DNA of 63,746 nucleotides, counting the filler, from Octopus bimaculoides (Eukaryota), in assembly GCF_001194135.2 (NCBI RefSeq). It is 6 parts of 5 records of this genome, joined end to end, with 100 filler letters (N's around TTAATTAATTAA, not from the genome) between each part and the next. Parts side by side here need not be neighbours in the genome. Positions count along the whole stretch, not along the records: positions 42,652 to 55,466 come from NC_069000.1; positions 55,567 to 61,242 come from NC_068984.1; positions 61,343 to 63,746 come from NC_068995.1; 3 more parts are not named here. One strand, given 5' to 3'. Made by a program: the position numbers and the translations under genes. Below are positions 53,415-63,746 of this stretch, one piece after another (position 1 is the stretch's first letter; each line of letters opens with the position of its first letter). The notes beneath the pieces were generated by a model. The model ran no database searches, was not told the DNA's origin, and saw only the letters and a list, made by a program, of their open reading frames with translations.

Positions 53415-54103
53415 TCAGTTGTTACTAATTGTGACTGAGGGTGCTGAGTAGTACTTATATTGCTAGAAATAAGAGTTAAAACCCTTAGAGGTGCAAGGAA
53501 GCATATTTTCATGTTCTGGCATGGAAGATAACCACTTCATAAGCGAAGCCAGGTAACTAAACTTGTTTCGCCAGTAAAATTGCAGGCTTGACAGTATCGA
53601 CTACGACATCGCCTAATGGTTTGGCTAAATCTAGACTGTCAGTATATATATTTACCATATAAATTTATGGCTGCCTTAGCGATATGCTTATGTGAAAATT
53701 ACAAAATAACGAAGGTAGTTGTACGCAATATAAAACCAAAAGAAAAAAAAATTCAATTGTCAGTAGTTGTGACTGAGGATGTTGGGCAGCACTTGTATTT
53801 CTGTAGATAAGAGTTAAAAGCCTTAGAGATACAAGAAAGCACATTTTCATGTACTAACGGGGGAGATAACCGCCTTATATGCGAAGCCAGATCACTAGAC
53901 TAGACTTGTCTTACCTGTAAAATTGCAGGCTCGTCAGTAGTGACTACTCAATCGTCGAATGATATGGACTGTCAGTATATATATATATATATATTCACAA
54001 TATAAATTTATGGCTGATTTAGCGAAATGCTAACGTGAAAATTACAAAATAACGAAGCCAACTATACGCAATATAAAACCAAAAGGAAAAATTCAATTGT
54101 CAC
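53415..54103. repeat. Two diverged tandem copies of an about 340-bp unit
   Basis: GTGACTGAGG at 53431 and 53769; GTAAAATTGCAGGCT, ATAAATTTATGGCTG and GAAAATTACAAAATAACGAAG each recur about 340 bp apart. Confidence 0.85.
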
Positions 54104-54332
54104 TTAGAGCTTTCTTGCAGCTTTAAGTGCATCTATTAGCTTTTAGTTTTTCCACATATTGGCCTTTCGTGCGACCATAGTGGGACACAACCTTGAAGGG
54201 TTTAGTCGAACACAAAAGTTATCTTTTAAAGTTTGCTACTTGTTTTATCGGTTTCTTAGGGTGAACTGCTAGGTTACGAAGATGTATGCAAAGCTAGTCC
54301 GGTTGTCAAGCGATGAGCGGGAGTGCAAACAC

Positions 54333-54369
<37 letters not shown>

Positions 54370-55651
54370 TGTATGTATGTATGTATGTATGTATGTATGT
54401 ATGTATGTATGTATACGGCGGACTTCCACACAATCTCCGTCTACCAAATTCACTCACAAGAAATTGGTTCGCCTGGGGCCATTGTGCAAGACACTTGTCC
54501 ATAATGCCACTCAGTGAGATCTGAAATCCGAAACCACGTGGTTGCAAAACCGAGCTTCTTCACCGCGCCTATCATCGTCGCTATGCATCGTGCGCTTTTG
54601 CAGCATGTTGATGGTACTATAGCGAAACCTTCCTGATTAAAGGCGAGTTCTCTCATCGGAAGAAGCCTTAGCGTTACTGCGTTCTGACTTTCTCATAGTG
54701 TTTTCTTGGCAAAGATATTGGGTTGGTTTGTCATTGCTTTCTCCAACTGGATCACCGTTGGCCCTTTAGGAGATTATACGTCCTTCGACAGATTTTTGTT
54801 TTTTGTTTTGCTGGGTGTTGAGACACCCTCATTACAAGAGAAAGCAAGCGACTCAAGTTTGGCGAGAGGTAGTTTAGAAGCCGACCACCCGACCATGGAA
54901 CATGTAGCACTGGTTTACATGGTACCAGTAGCAGATATCATCGGCCTATGATGAGATTCATGAACTGACTCATAACCACATGTATACTGTACATATAATT
55001 TAATGGTCCCGGCACTGCTACGGACAGTTTTACATTAAGTCTACAAATGTATGCGGAATAATCAATCATATTTACATCATAATTCCATGAGCAAGTGGCT
55101 CTGTTAAATCAAAAGCAATCGGAATTACCGTTGTTGTAATCCGTTTCATCAACGGCAGAGATCCGAACGCTGTCGGATATGATTAATCTAATATAAATTT
55201 TGGTGGAGGGGTGGGCAGTCAATTAGATCGATCCCCAGTACGCAACTGGTACTTAACTTATCGATCCCGAAAGGATGAAAGGCAAAGTCGACCTCGGTGA
55301 AATTTGAACTCAGAACGTAAAGTGAGACGAAATGCCGCTAAGTATTCGCGGTTCAGTGCCAAAACGTGGCACCTTGGGCAAGTATCTTCTACTATAGCTT
55401 CGGGTCGACCAAAACTTTGTGAGTGGACTTGGCAGACGGAAACTGAAAGAAGCCCGTCGTGAGTGTNNNNNNNNNNNNNNNNNNNNNNNNNNNNNNNNNN
55501 NNNNNNNNNNTTAATTAATTAANNNNNNNNNNNNNNNNNNNNNNNNNNNNNNNNNNNNNNNNNNNNATATATATATATATATATGTATATATATGTATAT
55601 ATATATGTATATATATATATATCCATGTATATATATATATATGTGGATATG

Positions 55652-55735
<84 letters not shown>

Positions 55736-58348
55736 CGTGTGTGTGTGTGTGTGCGCGCGCATCAGAAATAAAATACAATACTCAATACCAGGGTAGAGTA
55801 TTCTTTAATACATTACTGTTTTACCTTTGAAATATTTGCTGTTTGCATATACTTTTTGAAATATTATTTGAGTGTTATGAAAGAAAACGTTTATTTTGAT
55901 CTTGTTTTGAAAGTTTTTTTCACAGATTTTGTTAATTTCCAGTTTGATCGAACACATTGATTAGCGTGAAAGTGAAATTTAATCGAAAATGATAATTCCT
56001 TTTAAATAACTTTCATAATTCATACCAAACCAACTCGACGAAGTAAATTATTCTAAATTTTTAGAGTACATATATTTTTTTCTCATTATTGTGATCTGAC
56101 TTTGAATCTTCTTTTCGGTAGCATTCAACAACAATGATAGTATTGTCTTCCAAATAAATTTAATACTGATTTTCGTGTAGTATTAGTTAATATTAAGCTT
56201 CTGACGGAGAGTGAGTGAAAAATATTTTATTAAATTCTAATGCTAGATATTGAACCTTACATATTAGTTGTATCACATGTTACATGCTGTGTGTTTATTT
56301 ATTGTAATATGATATCACATTCTTTTAAAATAAACCTCTTCTAATCTCTAGTTATCATTTTCAGTATTAATATTATGTAATTGCAGACAAAGGAATACAC
56401 ATCATTTCAAGAATAACTTTTACGCGGTGAGGGCATATTGAATAATGAAAATGGCGGTTTTGTTTATTATGTTTTGCTGTTCAGCCACTCAATACACGCC
56501 GGATCACGCTTAAGTTCCATCTCTAAAAATAACTACGCTTATGCTTCCTGATCAGAATTCTATCAGATGTTATGACTGTAGATCGTACTGCCAGTAGCCA
56601 TTAATTATAAACTGAACAGCCAATATTTGGGGAAACAAAATACAAAAACTTATTTCCCATCGCTTATTTCGATACCAACGATTCTTTGTTAATATCCAGC
56701 TTTTGAAAATCATTTCCACTTCCTACTCTAGTTTCTCTTTTCTCTTTCCAGACCGGGTTTCCTGTTACACAGATATCGAAATCTGAATAGAATTTTAGAA
56801 AGCACTCTTTTATCGTAACTTCCAGATATTTTGCGGCATCGATCTGGCACCAATTTTATTTATTTATTAATTTTTTTGTACTTTTTTTCCACCCATCAAT
56901 AGCAGACACTTCAAACTAATTGCTTTCAGATTACAAAATCACATTGCACTAGATTTCTGTTTGTTTGTTTTTTTATCTTTTCCTTTTTTATTTTGTAAAA
57001 TCTTTTCTCAAGCACTTTATATGGATATTTAGAAGAGTTAATACTTATGTCACAAGTAAAGTACCGAATTCCAATAATTTGATATTGATGTGTTGCTGGA
57101 AGGAATATTCCATATAACGTCCCCGAAAAGCTTAGCATTGCCGATAAATTAAAGATATAAAAAAAAAAAACGCTTTTTTTCCTTGGATATGACACAACTC
57201 AGAGCTGTTATTCTCGGTAGGCACGTTAAATCGTTAATACAGTCAATGATAAATAACCTAAAGTTAGATATTCACTTTAAATATGTTTGAATCATCGACA
57301 TTTTAAAAACAATCCTTCAAGCAAGAATGAAGATTCATAATAAGTTTAAATATGCAGTTTCGCTTATTTATAATCTTATTTTCGTTAAAAACACAGAAAC
57401 GTGAATAAAAAAAAATTACAAAAGCTAACATCAATATTATGAATACATAGATGAAGTCTGTTGGGAAATGTTTTTATAAGAAGAGCGAATTATCTTGTCT
57501 TGTAGGTTTATCACCTCTGGCAAACAACACAGTGCAATAAGATTAAACAAAGATCAACTTGAAATACTTATGTCTAACGAGTATATTGATTGAGAGGAAT
57601 TATGTATTCCTGGAGCTCATTCTACTTAAAAGCAGCTTAGTTGCTTATACTTTACAATACCTGTCGATTATGACCAAATTATTTGATTTCAGAATCGGCT
57701 GGATTCAGTTTTCTGAACGTAATTCTTCGACATTGAATATGGAATTTATTTGCCTCTACAATGGTATATACTTCAAATAAGCATTGTTTTCTTGGATGTT
57801 ATTAATATTTCAAGATACGAAGAATCTTAATTGATCGCATATCAGTTTGCAGGTCCTTATATTTACTTTAGTCACATTCCTTTACAGCCATATTTTTTAT
57901 CACCAGGAACACTTACATCTATTAGTGTACAAGTATTGTCTTCTTCTTCTTCTTCTTCTTCTTCTTCTTCTTCTTCTTCTTCTTCTTCTTCTTCTTCTTC
58001 TTCTTCTTCTTCTTCTTCTTCTTCNNNNNNNNNNNNNNNNNNNNNNNNNNNNNNNNNNNNNNNNNNNNNNNNNNNNNNNNNNNNNNNNNNNNNNNNNNNN
58101 NNNNNNNNNNNNNNNNNNNNNNNNNNNNNNNNNNNNNNNNNNNNNNNNNNNNNNNNNNNNNNNNNNNNNNNNNNNNNNNNNNNNNNNNNNNNNNNNNNNN
58201 NNNNNNNNNNNNNNNNNNNNNNNNNNNNNNNNNNNNNNNNNNNNNNNNNNNNNNNNNNNNNNNNNNNNNNNNNNNNNNNNNNNNNNNNNNNNNNNNNNNN
58301 NNNNNNNNNNNNNNNNNNNNNNNNNNNNNNNNNNNNNNNNNNNNNNNN

Positions 58349-58380
<32 letters not shown>

Positions 58381-58397
58381 GTTATTATTATTATTAT

Positions 58398-58710
58398 TGT
58401 TCAGTAGTTTTATTTTTATAACGTGCTTTCACTTCACTACCGAGCGCAGCTCTGTGCACCTTGGGTATGTGCTGTGGTTTGCTGTGATGCTCTTATGGTT
58501 ACTGTATTGAAAGTGTTTTCCGTAGGATGTGTGCAGTGCCCAGTAGTGCAATTTTCTGTATGTTATATATATTTGTAAGTCCTGGTGTTTTTGTTATGTA
58601 TTTGTCTGAATATTTTTTTATTATACCTAAGGCACCTACTATGATAGGAATTGTTTCTGTTTTTAGATTCCACATTCGAGTTACCTCTATTTCCAGGTCT
58701 TCGTATTTTT
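58398..58710 (-). mobile_element. 3' end of R4/Dong-like LINE, family B, ending in (TAA)n
   Basis: Open 70-codon C-terminus 58708-58499: KYEDLEIEVTRMWNLKTETIPIIVGALG...QKIALLGTAHILRKTLSIQ*; 3' UTR runs into a TAA microsatellite. Confidence 0.85.
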
Positions 58711-59338
58711 AAAGTGTTATAGACTGACAGTCATACCAATGTACAGAACAACTTTACTGAAAATTCGTTTCACCTGGCATCGTTAAAAAAACGCGTGAGT
58801 TATTCTACTCGCATGTTGTCGTGTTATTTTTCTTAAAAATTTGAGTAACGAGAGAGTTGTAAACAACTGAAATGGTTTTTGTCACCATATTTCGTACTGT
58901 TTACTTTGAAGTAAAAATGAACTATTCATGTATAGTTAGTACAAATTATACTGAAGTCACTGCTATTAGGCAACAGCTTTCAAAACAAATCCTGCCATAG
59001 AAATAAAAGCGGTAAAAACTGTGTGACATCTCCATAAAATTCAAACCGACTCCATTTCAAGAATATTTAATAACTGAAAAGTGTTAGTTCAATTTCTTTT
59101 TCTGATTTTTTTTTTTTTTTCTTAATGTTTTACTAAAGACTTCATAATGTCCCATTAAGAATCGGTAAAAAAAAAAATTAGTAATTCCTATTTCAGAACG
59201 AAGTAACGTTTCTGCAGAATTTCATGCTGTTTTATTTTCTTTATATATGAGAAAATTACTCCTACTCCTGTCTCTGCAGCTACTGGTGCTGCTGCAGCAA
59301 ATAATACGCCACCACCACCAACACCACCACGACTACTA

Positions 59339-59399
<61 letters not shown>

Positions 59400-60613
59400 A
59401 TGTGCTTTGTTTTGTCTTGGTATAAAAGATGGGCTACAGCAAATATTATGCCCCAGTACCACAGATTTGCTTGTCAGTTGTTTGACCTTAACTAGTTGAG
59501 CATGTCCCTTAGCGGCTGACGATATGTGCAGCTCTGATCATGAGCAGAAGTAGTGGGGGATCATCGTAGCCATGTGTTGAGAGGAATTCTTTGGGGTTTC
59601 GTTAATTCACCTTTGGAAACATGGGTGTTTCGTTCAACATCCTTAAACAACCCTTATTCATGGACCGTTTGGTGCTACTTGACCTGTAGAAAATTCTAAC
59701 TGGTCCCCACCTGCAATGTCATGCGCTGTTTATCGTGATATCAGATCACCATGTCGTGCACATATGGTTTTGATGTATGTGCCTGATGTACCCTTATCAG
59801 ATGTACTCTTATCAGACGAGTAGTCAGGATGGGTATGCTGGGCTTCGTATATTTTACCCTAGTTCACTTTGATGGCATGCACTGCTCTCTCACTTAATGA
59901 TAATAATAATAATAGTAACAGTAACAATATCAACAACGATAATAATGATAATAATAACAACAATGACAATAATAACAAAAACAACAACAGTAATAATAAT
60001 AATAATAACGATAATGATAATAAATTTCTTACAGTTATTTTTTACTTCTGCTGCTGCTGCTGCTGCTGTTATTGCTGTTAATAATCAGAATATTCCTTTT
60101 TTTGGTTACGTTTTCTCTAAACACATACGATAAAATATAAGGACTATTTCAAAGTATGTGTGGTATATTATGAGCACAAGGCCTGAAATTTGGGGGATGG
60201 AGATAGTCGATTAGATCGACCCACAGTATTCAATTGAAACTTATTTTATCGACCCCAAAACGATGGAAGGCAAAGTCAACTTCGGTGGAATTTGAACTTA
60301 GAAAGTAAAGACGGATGAAATGCCACTAAGTATTTTGCCCAGCGTGCTACCGATTCTACCGATTCCTCTGCGAAATTTGAAACCATAACGTAGCAGCAGA
60401 CGAATTACTCCTAAGCATTTCACTCGGCGTGCTACCTATTCTACCAGTGCGAAATACTTCTACGCACTCCGTCTACCGTGCGAACGATTCTACTAGTTCG
60501 CCGCCTAACAGCCAATGAGATAAGAAACCCAACACCGCATAGAATTACATGGTTAGTTCCACCGTGAAACCAACAAATTAAAAAAACGGGAAGCATCATG
60601 GAGATGATTTGAC

Positions 60614-60780
60614 AAAGGTGATCGAGAAATGAATACTGAAAGCCTAACCATAGCTGCCTAAGACCAGGCATTGAATACGAACTCAGTGCAACACAAGTGC
60701 AGAATGTGTGGGAAGAGGGTCGAAAGTGTTAGCCACATTGTTAGTGCTTATGAAACTGTTGCCTAGAAAGAGTAAAAGCG
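60614..60780 (+). mobile_element. R4/Dong-like LINE fragment (zinc knuckle region)
   Basis: TESLTIAA*DQALNTN...CRMCGKRVESVSHIVSA...KE*KR, resembling the CCHC knuckle upstream of the RLE domain; contains stops. Confidence 0.75.
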
Positions 60781-60925
60781 AACTTAATTTATCATTTCGG
60801 AAAAGATGAAAGGTGAAGTCAACCTCGGCGGAATTTCAACTCAGAACGTAGCAACGTGCGAAATACCGCTACGCATTCCGCCCAGCGTGCTAACAATTCT
60901 GTCACCTCGCCACCTTAATAATGGT

Positions 60926-60926
<1 letters not shown>

Positions 60927-61024
<98 letters not shown>

Positions 61025-61085
61025 AAGAAGAAGAAGAAGAAGAAGAAGAAGAAGAAGAAGAAGAACAAGAATATCTAATAATAAT

Positions 61086-61138
<53 letters not shown>

Positions 61139-61148
61139 TAATAATAAT

Positions 61149-61194
<46 letters not shown>

Positions 61195-61212
61195 GACATT
61201 ACTTCAGCAATG
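60927..61212. repeat. Compound (AAT)n/(AAG)n microsatellite; representative of the many (CA)n, (TA)n, (TATC)n, (TATG)n and (GA)n tracts in the window
   Basis: Direct inspection; most N gaps are bordered by such tracts. Confidence 0.95.
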
Positions 61213-61417
61213 ATAATAATAATAATAATAAGGATAGTGATGNNNNNNNNNNNNNNNNNNNNNNNNNNNNNNNNNNNNNNNNNNNNTTAATTAATTAANN
61301 NNNNNNNNNNNNNNNNNNNNNNNNNNNNNNNNNNNNNNNNNNTATATATATATATATATAAACATACATAAATGTGTACACGAACGCACACACACACAGA
61401 TAGATAGATAGATAGAC

Positions 61418-61484
<67 letters not shown>

Positions 61485-63349
61485 GTCATTTGAGCATTAG
61501 CCCTGGTGTTTAATCTACTAAGTTCATCCACAGGTATAGGCTATCAGACAAAACTGTTGTCAGGAGATTGTTTTACCAAACACGTCTGGAAATCCACAAA
61601 TATCTGTAAAATTGTTTATAAACAAGAAGAATGGACTGAACAAGTAATTTTTATACATCAATTTACAATTGTTTCATCTTAATTCGATCTCATCAACACC
61701 TTGCTATACTCTTTAATATGTGCAACTACGGGTGCGATTGAAATAGCACATGCCGAATCAGACTCATCAGAATTACGTATAAAAATCATTTGCGCATTAT
61801 ACAGATATACATAAATATATACATATATCCAAATAATAAGACAAAGAAATCCTTTAACACATCCTGAATGCTTGCAATGGCTATAGGGCACCCCGTAGAG
61901 TAAAATAAGAATTAAAGGACTCTACACGTAAAAAATAGTTGAGAACCTCTGAACTAAAACATTTTTTCCCCTGAACAAGCGCTGAATTTGGGGTACGTCT
62001 AACAAGTCACGTGTCTTTTATGCCATTAAATACAGTAATTTTGTTTTCTTTGCCTCTACTTTTAGCTCTGACTGAAACACTTACGATGCTCTTTGCATCG
62101 ATATCAACGGTTACTTCGATCTGAAGCAAGAACACATAACTCAAGGTGCCAGATGAAAGCCATCTGGCTCAAATTTTTCAAGTAAGTTGTTATCTTTGGT
62201 CATAGATTTCTCAGCCACGTGGAACTGGAAACAGCACGCCAGGATGATAGTCTGAGCAGATGTAGTGAAGGTTTAAGGTCTGTTTGGTTGAAATGGCAAG
62301 ATTTCTTTTGATTAGAATCGTCAGCAGTTTCAATACTCATGGACAGTGGGTGCTACATCAAACCGTAGCACTCTTTATGTATATGTATGTGTGTAATTGT
62401 CTGTCAGTATGTGTACCAAAGTATATATATATTCGCCATGATAGATCGCTGACCACTACACACATTTTTTCTCTCCTTGTTTCTTTCTGTGTTCCTTTCT
62501 GTTGAAGAGCGTAGGCTCGAAACGTTAAAGACTTTCTCTATTCTCGAGTGTTATACTAATACATCCATTTGTTGTTTACACCACCTGTCTTCGTCTGTTG
62601 TTTTTTTCATAAATTCTCCCATATNNNNNNNNNNNNNNNNNNNNNNNNNNNNNNNNNNNNNNNNNNNNNNNNNNNNNNNNNNNNNNNNNNNNNNNNNNNN
62701 NNNNNNNNNNNNNNNNNNNNNNNNNNNNNNNNNNNNNNNNNNNNNNNNNNNNNNNNNNNNNNNNNNNNNNNNNNNNNNNNNNNNNNNNNNNNNNNNNNNN
62801 NNNNNNNNNNNNNNNNNNNNNNNNNNNNNNNNNNNNNNNNNNNNNNNNNNNNNNNNNNNNNNNNNNNNNNNNNNNNNNNNNNNNNNNNNNNNNNNNNNNN
62901 NNNNNNNNNNNNNNNNNNNNNNNNNNNNNNNNNNNNNNNNNNNNNNNNNNNNNNNNNNNNNNNNNNNNNNNNNNNNNNNNNNNNNNNNNNNNNNNNNNNN
63001 NNNNNNNNNNNNNNNNNNNNNNNNNNNNNNNNNNNNNNNNNNNNNNNNNNNNNNNNNNNNNNNNNNNNNNNNNNNNNNNNNNNNNNNNNNNNNNNNNNNN
63101 NNNNNNNNNNNNNNNNNNNNNNNNNNNNNNNNNNNNNNNNNNNNNNNNNNNNNNNNNNNNNNNNNNNNNNNNNNNNNNNNNNNNNNNNNNNNNNNNNNNN
63201 NNNNNNNNNNNNNNNNNNNNNNNNNNNNACACACACACACACTCACTCACACACACACACAGATGCACAAACACACTAATGCACTGTTACAAACATGAAA
63301 CAGGAATGAGACATATCGAAAGAGAGAAATAAAGAAACAACTTTTCAGT

Positions 63350-63412
<63 letters not shown>

Positions 63413-63631
63413 ACCCGCGTTGCGTGCACCACTACCCACGCACCCCCACCCCCACATACACATAAACATCACACACATATACAACACACACACACGCACA
63501 CTCACATATACCTTGTATAACAGCTATATGTTATACATTGATGTGTTCTGAAAGATAGCAAGTTAGCTAGCTTGCTATTATAACATTCTAGTTAGGTAGT
63601 TTAATAAATAAATAAATAGAGAAATAAAGAG

Positions 63632-63683
<52 letters not shown>

Positions 63684-63707
63684 CGATAGACAGACAGAAA
63701 GTCAGAA

Positions 63708-63746
<39 letters not shown>

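Noticed and set aside
59420-59865. Repeat-like segment possibly carrying an HDV-like ribozyme at a LINE 5' end
   Set aside because: Looks like an interspersed repeat, but I could not fold a nested double pseudoknot by eye.

Overview
Eukaryotic, repeat-dense, gap-riddled draft genomic sequence, most likely from an Octopus-type cephalopod. That assignment rests on recognisable SINE families, very high microsatellite density and N-flanked TTAATTAATTAA scaffold linkers; it is recognition, not a database result. Two host genes are well supported. The first is nine consecutive in-frame coding exons of transketolase (+, 23251-34856, about 461 codons); its first exon and last ~130 codons are not visible. 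The second is an intronless 508-aa FoxQ2-type forkhead gene (+, 43287-44813). The rest is tRNA-derived SINEs, RTE and R4/Dong-like LINE fragments, two Tc1/mariner relics, a decayed hAT element with 8-bp TSD, MITEs/foldbacks and microsatellites. The most unusual signals are three separate hammerhead-ribozyme-like motifs (about 11.2 kb +, 14.6 kb -, 39.55 kb +). One of them sits at the apex of a 390-bp inverted repeat inserted with a 13-bp TSD, suggesting Penelope-like/retrozyme-type elements. All three carry core or stem defects and are candidates only. All alignments and folds were done by hand.
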